A stretch of 64,000 nt of DNA from contig NC_043007.1 of NCBI RefSeq assembly GCF_006345805.1, positions 61,318,001-61,382,000 on the forward strand. Reading direction: 5' to 3'. Positions 1 to 64,000 of this stretch are shown one piece after another. The notes beneath the pieces are model-generated. The model ran no database searches, was not told where the DNA came from, and worked only from the letters and a program-made list of their open reading frames with translations. The position numbers were made by a program, and so were the translations under genes. The DNA comes from Octopus sinensis (taxonomy: Eukaryota). How positions within the stretch are numbered: position 1 is the first letter of the stretch; every line of letters starts with the position of its first letter.

Positions 1-2399
1 ATTCTATTGTTCCACTCCCAAGTTGAATTCCAACTGTTGGCCAATTTGTCCCAAAGTTCTTATCTCAATGTAAAATTAATGAAGTGAATGTCATTTATCT
101 CCCCCTTGATCTCTGAAGTCATCTGACAAATGCTACCAAGATGGAGTGAATCAGCCAAGCTTTACCTGCTAGAAATAGCAACTGAAATATTTTAAAATCA
201 GATCCCAATGCTGGATGTTCAAAAACCAAATGAGGAACAGATTTTCAATCCTGGGATCATCCTGATTCCAAAAAGGTATAATATGTCTATGTAGAGCAAA
301 TGTAGGCTGAGATACAGGGGTCCCAGATGGACAGAGAGAATTTCGCATTAATATAGACCAAAAGTTCTCAATAGGGGCCATATACCCCACCCCCAGGGGA
401 TGGGAGTTTGGAGCTCGAGGGGGCGTTTTGAAGGGGCACGGGGGGGGGGGCGTTTAGAGACTTGGGGGCACTAGGGGGTCACTGGAAGACCCTTGTACGA
501 GTATTAGCTATATTTTCATATCTCTGTGACAGTTTAAAAAACCATGCCTTTTTGTTTCAAAATTTCAAAAACTTACAAAAAACACTTTTTCCAATTTGAC
601 GACATGAAGCAAATTCCCAGTACCATGTGTAACTGGTGTAACTAAAGTGAAACCTCCAAAACAAAAATAAAAACTAAAAACAGATAAATAGTGACATGGT
701 TAAAAGAAAAAAGGAATGAATAAAAACGAAATGCTGAATGTGTGTGTGTGTGTCTGTGTGTGCGCAAATATATAAAGAATAGTGGTCAGAATTTTGGATC
801 AAAACTAGCTTTTGGGAGTGGCTGATAGGTAAGTATTTGTGTATGTGTGTGTATGTATGGGTATGTTTGTATGTATATGACTGTGTATTGCCATTTTGAA
901 TTGGCCCCTGGCTATTAAAGACCCAATCATACTCACACACACACACACACACGCATTTGTTTTAGGTTTTGTACCCATTTGAACTGCAGCTATACACCAG
1001 ATAACATGGTTAAAGTCTTATGTTCTGAAATATAAATTTTGAATTTGTTTTAATTATAAAATTAACCCCAGCTAAAAGCATATCTTTTGGCTTTGGAAAA
1101 TAGAACCTTTTCTTTCTCTTTCTATATTTTTTGTTACGTTAGAATTTCCCTGTTTTGATCAGGATTTTCCAATTTTCTGTATCAAACAATGAACAGAGGC
1201 ATTAAAAATATTAAATTCAGAGCCAAATAAAATCAAAAATGTTAATTGTAATCGTAATGATGGAGAGGAGTAAACATTTTCCCCTTCCTTAATACTAACA
1301 AGAGCATAGTATGAGGGAGATTTGGATGTTATTTTTAGCAAATTGAACAACCACACAGAGAGTACCTCATTTGTTGATGTGTATAAGTAAACAAAAACTA
1401 AAGGAAAAACAGCACCTTCACACTTCATTCATTCCACTCTCCGTTCTTTTGTTCCCACTCTCTCACATTTCTTGGCCTTCTCTTCATTCTCACCTTCCCC
1501 CTCTTTCACTTCACTCTGTCCCTTTCATTTTTTCTTGTTTCTTGTTTCTTTTTTTCTCGCCACTCCTTAATTCTTCTCTCCCTCTGCCACTACCGCTCTC
1601 TCTTCTCTCCCCACATGACCAGTGTTCGGCCAAGCCTGACCTTTCTTTCTTGGTTCGACTGCCATCCGTGCAACATTTATATTTCTCCCTGTGCCTGTCA
1701 AATCATATGTCCCTGCCATAAGGCTTTACTTCCACACATGCCAGCTTAATTTAATTCATTCTTAGTCGAAAGACACCCGTTGTTAATGTCCTGTTATTTG
1801 TATTTGTGTACCATTTCTCCGTTTTTTTTCTGTCCTTGTTTTCGTATACATTCGCTGCTTTCTTCCAAGGAATCTAGTGCTCTTTGCTTAGTTTTTTCGT
1901 GGGGCTGGCCAGATTGGAGCAATCTCGAGTACAACCAGCCAAAATTGCAAAGATAATCTGGAACTCAACTAAGGAAAGAAAACTCCGAATGACCCGTCCT
2001 TGTTTTCTTTGTATCGTCTGTCTGGATACTTTGTTGTCCCTTTTTTGTATCATCTAACTGTCAGGATGTTTTGTGTTCTTGTCCCATTTTTGTATTTTTT
2101 ATATATCTATATGAATGGGCAGAATTATGATGTAAGCACATGCTAAAACCCTTCATAACTTTTGTATTTTTATGAACTTTTACAAAATTTTTTCGATTCT
2201 GTCTTCTGCATAATGGAATTGATATGATTATGCAACAAAAGAAAAAATCTCTCACACTCCAATTTTTTTTTAATTTGTGGTTTTAAAATACGGACAGTCA
2301 ACACACACCTTTCATTTTCCTTTATAATTTCCAAATAATTTTTTAATACTTTTATGTTAGAAAGTCAACTGACTGTCTTCACACTTTTTCACATAATCC

Positions 2400-2565
2400 T
2401 GGACTTTATATGTGAAATGCCAGTGACAAGCTGCATGTCCATCAGCAATATTAGCAGACAAACAGCCATGCAGAGGTACGACATATAGTCCAAGTAGACG
2501 AAAGCCTTCTTTTTAAGAGGAAAAATGAAGTTGGAAGAGTGGTGAAGTTTTGGATACTTGTGATC
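2400..2565 (+). mobile_element. Merlin/IS1595-type DDE transposase remnant
   Basis: 2482-2560 translates HIVQVDESLLFKRKNEVGRVVKFWIL, matching the family motif HIV(E/Q)IDESxFxKRKYxRGR. Confidence 0.6.
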
Positions 2566-2647
2566 GTCGTAACCAACAGTGTGCCAGTTTTTTATATGTG
2601 TATGTGCATGTATAAAGATATAATTAAAACAATACATATACACCCAC

Positions 2648-2707
<60 letters not shown>

Positions 2708-5470
2708 ACAAAGCCTAATGGTGTGAATTTTCTAAAGCTCCTTTAGGGACAAACAGTTTTCCCAATGAATTCTAATTTAATTGGAATCTACATGATCTAA
2801 AGCATTTTTGTAGAAAAGAAATATTTAATTTTCTCAAGGTTATGAAGAAGCAAATCTTTGGGGCACAATTGTGTAGATATGTCGAAATATTTATGTATAT
2901 ACAAGGATGTATATAAAACTATGTAAAAATGTATGTGTGTGTGTATATATTTGTATGTTTCTGTATGCATTTATACATCTATATGTATAAGTTTTAGAAG
3001 ATATTAGAATAATGGAATAAAAGTCAGTCATTATAAGAGATCTCCCAAAAATCTATTTCCTTAATTTTTAACTACTGTTTCTGGCACTCATATTTACGCA
3101 ATTTTGATTTTGAAGTATTTGAAATATTATTTGGAAATTATAAAGAGAAGCAAACAGTAGATTTGGACTGTCCCTATTATAAAACCATGAATGGAAAAAA
3201 AAATTGTGTGTCAAATTTTTTCTCCAGAAGTTCATGACTTCATAGGAATAAGTGTGGGAAACTGCATCAAGATAACCAATTTTCAGATTTTCTATTTCCT
3301 TTTAAAAAAATGCAGATTTTGTGAATGAAGCAAACTAGATCCTGAATAAGAAATGAATGTTTAATATGACAAATTTTCAGATTTTTTGTTACACCATTTT
3401 AAAAGGGGGCTGATTTTGTGTCTCAAACTAACTAGATCCAAGTACAGTGAATACCATCCTCCACAATTTGCTACTCGTATGAAGTATATATGTATTTTAA
3501 CAATTTTTATCAAATACACTCTCTTTCTTGAGCATAAAAAGTCCTCTTCCTGGTTGACAATAACTTATATGTCAAATTGTTGCACAAGTTCTAGCTGTTT
3601 TGATAAGGGAAATTGGAAAAGTTAGAAATGATATCATCAGCATTTACTTGTACCAAAGAGCACTCTTTTGATAGACAATATGTTGATCTCTTAATGTCAC
3701 GTGGTGGAAATAAATGCAATTACCAATTCATTATTTTGTTTTTTTTGCATTTCAATTTGTACATCTGTACTCCTGACTGTGTACAAACGCATATGCAAAA
3801 CAATGTCCTTTATTTTTTAATCATTATCTGCTGATATCAAAATAAGTAGTATATTGCAAAATAAAAATATTTTCTTGGCAATTGTCTACAAATTTGTCTT
3901 TATAAGCTTTTCTTCCTCTTTTCCATGGCCATAGTTATAACTACAGTAAGCATTGCTTTTAATACAATCCACAAATTTGGCAAGACCTTCCATAACTTAT
4001 TTGCATGTGGCCCACTTCTTGAAAAGGATAGCCCCTTGCCTGCTATACATCTTTGAGAAATTATAATTGGCAATATTTATTTTAATGAAGATATTGCGTT
4101 AGTTTATATTTTAGAACAAGCTTAACTCCATGCAAAGAATTTTCAAATTTTATTTGTACCTAATCTTATTTATTATTTTGATATTTTCATCTTTGTATTT
4201 GGAAAATCCCCAGCACATGATATGGTGCACAAGTAGCACGTGGCACCCCAGGTGACTACTTGTGCTGCAATACTCAGCACTGTCTACCTGAGAGCTGAAA
4301 TTATGTAATAATCTTATCTACGTTTCAATAACAAAGATCTGTGTGTATTTGAACAGAAAATAAATTCTAAGAAGAAAAGAAAACAAATCCAACGACATAT
4401 GTATTTATATTTAAACAGAAATAGATAGAAATGATAAATCAGGCACACGAACAAATACAATAATATAAAAGTAGAAAAGACAAAGAAAAAACTAAAAATA
4501 AGTAGATTCTATAATGAATCAAGAAAAAAGTTAATAAAAAAGGCCTGAGGAAGGAATGCAAAAAATCAACTTGTCAACCTACAATGTAAACATGGCTGAC
4601 AAAAGAGATAGTTACCGTCCTTAGAAATACAAGGCTGACGGGTGCAATTTAATAGGCCACCAGTCTCAAAATGATATTTCTTACACTGGGTTGAGCTGAT
4701 TTTCTATCAGCTCAAGTACTTAAGTCTCCAGTATTTGTAATATACAAACGAGGAAATATGTCCCAAAATACAAGACAAAACAGCATGAAAAGAATCATTC
4801 ACTAGGCTCACATGTACTGACACATGCAGATTTATTTACATATAGGGAATATGTTTGTGTGTGTGTGTGTGTATACATACAGGTATGATGCATGCATACA
4901 TACGTACATACATACACATACAAATACATATATACAAATATGCATACACAAATGCATATGTGTGAGTGTGAATGTATATGTATGTGTGTGTGTGTATATA
5001 TATATATATATACCCATACTTAAATACATCATCATCGTTTAACATTTGTCTTCCATGCTGGCATGGGTTGGATGGTTTGATAGGAGCTGGTCAGGCAGAA
5101 GACTGCACCAGGCTTCTGTGTCTGTTTTGGCCTGGTTTTTATGGGTGGACGCCCTTAACACCAACCATCCAACAGAGTGGACTGAATACACATATACATA
5201 AACTTTCTACTCAAACAGATGCACATATATTATGTACTAGATATTTTTAAATAAGTAGAATGTGTTAGATTAAGAATTTTCTTTATTAGGTGACTAATTT
5301 TACAATTATTTCTGCTCCCTAAAAAACTCATATAAAAAGTATATATATATTATTAATATTTAACAAAAGCAACAGAGTGACTGAAAGGCTGAGAGTTTCA
5401 TGCATGCACACACATTTCTGCTCTGTAAATAGTACCTATAAACACACACACATATGCACGCATGCACACA

Positions 5471-5519
<49 letters not shown>

Positions 5520-5797
5520 CAATGGTATGATTTTCATGTTTTATTGCAATTTTTACAATTTTACAATATTGAAATAAACTAGTACTTTCATGCAGCACAC
5601 AATCATCAGGTTTATGTAGTGACAGTTATGTCCTAAAATTGGTTCATATTAAGATATTTTCCCTCTTTTCTTAACATGAAACCAATGGTAGCCTTAATTC
5701 ACAAATAAAGAAATTTTATCTCCCAATGCAGTGTTGAGCACTCATTTTCATCGTTTGACATTTACATGTGTGTGTGTGTGTGTGTGTATGTTTGTGC

Positions 5798-5835
<38 letters not shown>

Positions 5836-5859
5836 GTTAGGTCACTTTCGAGTGCTACT

Positions 5860-6250
5860 AGTAACATGTAACCCAGTACAACCTGTTGCATGGTCGGGTC
5901 ATCGGCGACTAAACCAGCAACCCCACCAAGCTTGCTTGGTGAGGAGGGTGTTTATTGGACACCCTGCAGGATGAAAAACAAAACCTGTCAAAGGGCGGAG
6001 GAACTCTTGAGAGTCAATGGCCATCCAATAAATGTCTTAAGGCTGTATCATGCACGGGGACATAGAAATACTCGGACTGAATACCCGATTGCGCGGTTAA
6101 ACCATTATGAGTGAAGAACTCCTAGCCTTTGTTAGGGCATCCTTCTAGGAGAAGGCAACTCAGGTAACTGGGATAACTCCGACATAAAACCTGTGGCTCA
6201 GTGGTTACCGATGATGTTGACTTGTTCTTTTTTTCGGATTATGGCTGCTG
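5860..6250 (+). mobile_element. Probable RTE-type LINE 5' UTR remnant
   Basis: GC-richer block containing ccttctaggagaaggcaactc...aaaacctg; no coding motif is recognisable. Confidence 0.35.
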
Positions 6251-7618
6251 TTGCTTAGTGAGTGGAATTGACTCAGTGCACAGCCTTTCCTCACTATAAA
6301 AAAAATTTCTTGCATAGGCATTGCATGATAACAACATTGATTAAGCTTCGTGCAATGGCCATACTTGATAACGAGGGGGCAGCCACCATATATATATATA
6401 TATATACATGCATATACAAATGCATCTCACTCTCCCCTTCTACATATATATATATATGTGTGTGTGTGTGAATGTGTGTGCGTTTGTGAGAATGTTTTTG
6501 TATATGTATGTATATATTTACCAGTTTATGGTCACAAATCAGTAAATGTAGAGTTGATTGATGTCTGTCGACAAAGTTATACATAATACTTCAAGGAATC
6601 TTGAAGTTGTACACTATGTCTAACTGAAGTGTTCCAGATAGTAAAACAGTCAGCAATATTAACTAAATATAACTAAATATGTGAAATGCTATTGAGTTGT
6701 CAGAAAATTCCTTTTGGACAATTTCTGTATGTCTGTGTATCTATGGACTTATTGATTCCAATTTAAAGGAAACATGCAGATAAGTTAGTTACCCAGGAAG
6801 GTCGATCAAAGTTTTCACCTATGCTTTTCTTTATAGCTGTTCAACCAACAACAATGACATGCCATATCTGTTGGCCTAGCTGGAGCATTGTGGACATAAG
6901 GCTTCATTCATCATCAGATATTGTAAGCTCGATTGTGTTTGTACTTCATTTGTAATACTCTGCGTAGTACCTCATCAACTATTGTTAAATGAACTCACAC
7001 ACACACACACACGTACATACAATAAAGAAGAAAATACCTACAAACAAAGTTGACATTGCGATCAATGGGTCAAAAGAATGTTGGTGGAACTTAAAAATTA
7101 AAACAGCTACCAAAACATAACCGACCACATATCGTGTGGGACCACGATAGAAAGATATGTTCTGTTGTGGAAATTAGTGACCCTCTGGAGACGAATGTGG
7201 TTAGAAAAATACAAAGAAAGCATGTATGTATGTATGTATGTATGTATGTATGTATGTATGTATGTATGTATGTATGTATGTATGTATGTGTGTAGGGGAT
7301 CTCTTCAATATATACAAAGAAGAGTAGAACACACTTATATGACTTACGTAATTTTCTTAAATGAAGGGAAAATGAACAAAGAGAACTAATTCAGAGTAGC
7401 CATCAGCTCCTATTCTTAACCAGTGGGCCATTGCTCCTACACACACACACATTTATTTATATATGTGGAGGAGCAATGGTCCAGTGGTTAGGGCAGCAGA
7501 CTCACGGTCGGAGGATCGCAGTTTCGATTTCCAGACCGGGCGTTGTGTGGGTTTATTGAGCGAAAACACCTAAAGCTCCACGAAGCTTCGGCAGAGGATT
7601 GTAGCGACCCCTGTTGTA

Positions 7619-9295
7619 GGATCTTTTCCTTTTGAACGGCAGTTTTCAACACAATTTCTAGTTAACTAAACACTTTAAAACTTCGTATACTGGTAGAATG
7701 TGTCAAAATAAAACATTTTTTTCTCTTGGCTTTCTTGAGAAAATTGTAATTTGTAAGTTTAATGTAGTTTAATTTTTCAAATTTTAACCAATGAATCGCC
7801 TCTATTGAGCTAAAATCATTTGCTCCGTCTAAAACTGAGACAACATCCTGTCACTGTTATGTTTACGTAAACAGCCATTTATACAGAATATACGGAAAGC
7901 GTGTGTATAAAATTATAGAATTATTTTAATTGTTACGCGTGTGTCTAAAGTTATTCGTTTTGTTTTTGTTTTGAGTTTTTGCTTTCGTTTTAGCCTTTCA
8001 CTTTTTTTCTTAATTGTTAAATTAAAATTATTTTCCATTGCTTTCGTTTTAGCCTTTCGTTTTTTTTCTTAATTGTTATCCTTAAATTAATTTAACAATT
8101 AAGAAAAGAAACCCCAAAAAAACGAAAGGCTAAAATTTAGGGTTAGGGTGAGGGTGAGGGTTAGTGGCAGGATGTTGTCTCAGTTTTAGACGCAGCAAAT
8201 GATTTTAGCTCAATAGAGGCAATCGATTAGTTAAAATTCGAAAAATTAAACTACGTTAAACTTACAAATTACAATTTTCTCAAGAAAGCCAAGAGAGAAA
8301 AATGTTTTATTTCGACACATTCTACCAGTATACGAAGTTTAAAAGTGTTTGGATCTTTTCAATTCTGAAGCCAGTTTTTTCAAATTTTTCCTACTGAACC
8401 AAACAATTTGAAACTTCGTATACTGGTAGAATGTGTCAAAAGTAAACTTAATTGTAAACCAGAATGAAAACGGAATTGTAACTTCTAAGTTTAACGTTGT
8501 TTAATAATTAGAATTTTAACCAATGATATTCCGTCATTCGGCTTTATTTTATTTACTCCGTCTCGACCACCAATTTGGTGACGTATTAAACATCTTAAAT
8601 GTAAACAAGCCGCATGTCTCCGTGAAATCTCCTTCTAATTATTTAACGTACTCATGTTTCCAGGATCCTATAGTCAGCCACCTTCTAATAACAATATTTA
8701 AAACTAGTTAATAAGCCACATGTATTAAACTGAAAATGTTTCCATTCTGTTAGTACTTGCTTTCGTTTGCTATTAAGAAGTGACATCTCAGTGACGAGGC
8801 TTCTAACAAGATTTCGTTTCTAAGCTAATGCGTTTCATTTCACTTATTGTATTTATTTGTGCAAAAGGCAAGAAATTTAATATTAAAAAAGCAAAGAGCT
8901 GGCAGAAACGTTAGCACGCCGGGCGAAATGCGTAGCCGTATTTCGTCTGCCGTTACGTTCTGTGTTTGTTTACAGTTTTCCGAACGTTAGTACATCACAA
9001 AAGCGCTTTCTACGTCACACTAATAGAATGCAGTCAAGTTTTACACATGAAAACAAACAATCTGATTGGTTAAAATTCGCAGTTTTAATCTACGATTAAA
9101 GTCATAAAATAGATTTTTCTCAAATAAACTAGTTCCAACCTGTGTCTTGTTTTGCTAGACTCTATCAGCATACGAAGTTTCAGAATATTTAGTTAAGTAG
9201 AAAGATCTGTGGTCCTGGCTTCAGAATTGAAAAGATCCAAGTGTTTAGTTAACTAGAAATTGTGTTGAAAACTGCCGTTCAAAAGGAAAAGATCC
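7619..9295. mobile_element. Foldback-like non-autonomous DNA transposon A (Merlin-like GG termini, 8-bp TSD) inserted in a SINE
   Basis: Terminal IR ggatcttttccttttgaacggcagttttcaacacaatttctagttaactaaacactt; the arms extend to about 240 bp (mirror of 7670-7855 at 8162-8350). TSD ctgttgta / ttgttgta. Confidence 0.8.
8351..9238. mobile_element. Related non-autonomous element B (888 bp) nested in the right arm of element A
   Basis: TIRs ggatcttttcaattctgaagccag / ctggcttcagaattgaaaagatcc; perfect 8-bp TSD aagtgttt at 8343-8350 and 9239-9246. Confidence 0.85.
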
Positions 9296-10049
9296 TTGTT
9301 GTACTCTTTCGTCCCAACTTTCTCTCATTCTTTCTTCCTGTTTCTTGAGTAACGCTGCGATGGATTGGCGTCCCGTCCAGCTGGGACATACGCCATAGAA
9401 ACCGGGAAACCGGGCCCATGAGCCTGTCTAGGCTTGAAAAGGGCGCATAAAATAAAATATATGACGTCGTAAGAATATATAAATGTTTGAGAGAAGTGAA
9501 ATAATTCTGTTTTTGAATAATGGCCCTCGGTGCATATCACATAAAGCTATAATACCACGTAAATTGAGTTTAAATACACACACATAGTGGAAAATCTCAT
9601 TCTATATGTTAAGTGATGTGTTTGTGGTTTAATTTGAAAACCATAGTTTTATAGTACCATCATTGACAAATCAAGAGTTTTCTTTGCCCAAAGAACAAAT
9701 AACAACAAAACAACAAAAATCCCGCGTAAAGCGGTGTTTTCATTAGTAACAATAATAGTATTCATTTAAACCACGCCTGGGTTTAGTTATATAAAATCAA
9801 TTATGATTAAAGTACCGCCTCTCGTGAACGTATTCTGATCAACCATAGACTCACAATTTGGCACCCCCTAAGAAAACAAAGCATTATAAAAACTAACAAG
9901 CAAACATTAACACACTTTTCTGATGACATCATATACTCATTTGTTAAGCCAAATCAACAAGGCAAAATACACGCCTTTCTTCTGATCAGAGATTATATAA
10001 TTAGTTCTGCTGTCACCTCCCGAAAGATATATGAGAGAGCTATAGCGCT

Positions 10050-10262
10050 GCTGTTACCACTCGTAAGAGTTCTGGATCCGGATTTACCGTCTTTCCAAAG
10101 TTCATCCCTGCGTCCCTCAAAACAGTCACTAGGGACGGGCTGGAAAGGTGGTGTCAGCATTAACAGCGAGCTATTAACAAATTTTATCAATTCAGTTTGC
10201 AGACAACATCGTTCTTATCGCAGAGACCTTAGATCAGTTGCAGACCAAACTTACTGAGTACA
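10050..10262 (+). mobile_element. RTE-like LINE RT fragment
   Basis: WKGGVSINSELLTN / QFADNIVLIAETLDQLQTKL (decayed FADD motif). Confidence 0.65.
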
Positions 10263-10332
10263 TACACAGAGAGAAAAAAATCCCAAAACTAAAAACAAAT
10301 CCCCAAGAATATTATGAACAAACTCTCTAGTT

Positions 10333-10396
<64 letters not shown>

Positions 10397-10429
10397 GCAA
10401 TTCAATACCAATGTATTAACAAAGATGTT

Positions 10430-11611
<1,182 letters not shown>

Positions 11612-11747
11612 CATTTATATATAGTCAAATCAAATAAAAGCGAACATTAAAAATAACAATAACAAACAACATGAAGACGTGCAGATGGAATGTGTATAAA
11701 AGTAATTAACTAAATTATAATGATTTGAGAGAAAGATATGTTCTTAC

Positions 11748-62589
<50,842 letters not shown>

Positions 62590-62767
62590 CTGTCAAAAAA
62601 GAATAAGGAAACAAACAAACAAGGGAGATGGCTTTGAGTAATATCCGTCACTTTCGATCAATAGTCAAAGAATATTTTCTGAGAATTATTTTGCAATGAA
62701 TTTACGATAGTGTTAGAGATCATCTTGATTTTATTCCACAAATAAGAACATCAAGCTGAATGAAGTG

Positions 62768-63165
62768 CAGGCGCAGGAGTGGCTGTGTGGTAAGTAGCTT
62801 GCTTACCAACCACATGGTTCCGGGTTCAGTCCCACCTTGGGCAAGTGTCTTCTACTATAGCCTCGGGTCGACCAAAGCCTTGTGAGTGGATTTGGTAGAT
62901 GGAAACTGAAAGAAGCCCGTCATATATATGTATATATATATGTGTGCGTGTATGTTTGTGTGTCTGTGTTTGTCCCCCTAGCATTGCTTGACAACCGATG
63001 CTGGTGTGTTTATGTCCTCGTCACTTAGCGGTTCGGCAAAAGAGACCGATAGAATAAGTACTGGGCTTACAAAGAATAAGTCCCAGGGTCGAGATGCTCG
63101 ATTAAAGGCGGAGCTCCAGCATGGCCGCAGTCAAATGACTGAAACAAGTAAAAGAGTGAAAGAGT
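62768..63165 (+). mobile_element. Full-length copy of the dominant tRNA-derived SINE
   Basis: Head ggcgcaggagtggctgtgtggtaag, internal CA/TG tract, tail gactgaaacaagtaaaagag. Other copies at about 19435-19850(-), 19978-20420(-), 32200-32410, 34818-35465, 35955-36420, 45283-45520(-) and 46962-47410(-). Confidence 0.9.
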
Positions 63166-64000
63166 ATATATATATATATATATATATATAGGATTACTAA
63201 CACACATATATTAAGTTCATATTCCAATGTGTCCTGGAGAAATGACCTTCATATAACAAGCCAAAACGTCATTTGCATTAGTTGGCATCAAGTATAAGGG
63301 CAGTAGAAATTTATGTTTCGTTCATCTAATATCATAAAACTAGAGCGAAGGATCTCTGTTTTGAAGCTCATGGCGACTCTAAGAGGCATTTGCCTTACTG
63401 TCGATATGATTGGTAGTTGTTTTATCACAGACTAAGGAAAAATGGCAGAAACCATAAATTCGGTGTAATATTAGATTTTATAGTAAAAGCAGCAAGCTGT
63501 CTGAATCGTTACCGCGTCGGACAAAATGCTTAGCGGCATTTCGTCTGTCTTTATGTTTTGAGTTCAAATTCTGCTGAGGTCGACTTTACCTTTCCTATTT
63601 CCGGGGTAGATAAAATCAGTACCAGCTGAATAAGGGGGCCAATGTAATCGACTTACTCCTTCCCTTGAACTTGCTGGCCTTGTGCCAAAATTTGAAACCA
63701 ATATTAAATTTTATACTATCTCAGGTAGATGTCTATAGAGATCACGGTAAGTATTTAACACTGTGTCCAATTATAGAATGCATTAAAATCCTCATTTTCT
63801 CAGAACATTGCATGAACATGATGTTAGGGGCTGGCATACCCCTAATGAGGAGGTATCGAGAAAAAATTCTTTCCTTTTTGTTTTCTTAATTGTGGCTTAC
63901 AAACACATTTCTATTGTTCAAGACCTCTATCCTAATCCAAATATTATTCTTCACAGTCGCATTTCAGAATGTAAAGTAAGTAAAACTAAATCGTTACCTG

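Larger units (their letters stand above)
7465..9465 (+). mobile_element. tRNA-derived SINE split by elements A and B (7465-7618 and 9296-9465)
   Basis: Head with A box (tggtccagtgg) and B box (gtttcgatttcc). The same family occurs at about 23878-24158 (-) and 57488-57872 (+). Confidence 0.85.

Noticed and set aside
1960-2000. Possible decayed hammerhead in an old Penelope-like pseudo-LTR remnant (about 1440-2070)
   Set aside because: The core (ctaagga...ctccgaat) and stems are too degenerate to call.
2292-3173. GGACAGTC...GACTGTCC as TIRs of the Merlin remnant
   Set aside because: Only 8 bp match and there is no target-site duplication.
7465-7545. tRNA-like A/B boxes here and in other SINE heads, considered as tRNA genes
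   Set aside because: No complete cloverleaf, and each continues into a multicopy SINE body.
63722-63750. Plus-strand micro-exon-like AG...GTAAGT pairs (also at about 20605-20632 and 42797-42845)
   Set aside because: Expected by chance in AT-rich DNA; the one at 42.8 kb has stops in all three frames.

Overview
AT-rich eukaryotic DNA packed with microsatellites and transposable elements. The SINE families and repeat landscape suggest a cephalopod, probably Octopus (inference). The main content is one minus-strand host gene spread over at least 51 kb (62589->11748). It has at least ten symmetric phase-1/phase-1 exons, and each encodes a short linker plus one 6-Cys module, C-x18-C-x2-C-x-C-x7-C-x(3-5)-C. 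The module is a truncated VWC-like / pacifastin-like fold with a hypervariable C5-C6 loop. Two exons (26904-26734 and 17653-17495) are missing from the ORF track. The ten exons join in frame to about 579 aa; the start and stop exons were not identified with confidence. The introns contain a young Penelope-like retroelement whose pseudo-LTRs each carry a variant minimal hammerhead ribozyme. They also hold two full-length decayed mariners, nested Merlin-type MITEs, many non-autonomous Helitrons, fragments of R4/Dong, RTE, Tx1/L1, CR1/L2-group, Tigger and Merlin elements, and several SINE families. All coordinates and translations were read by hand, and most repeat boundaries are approximate.
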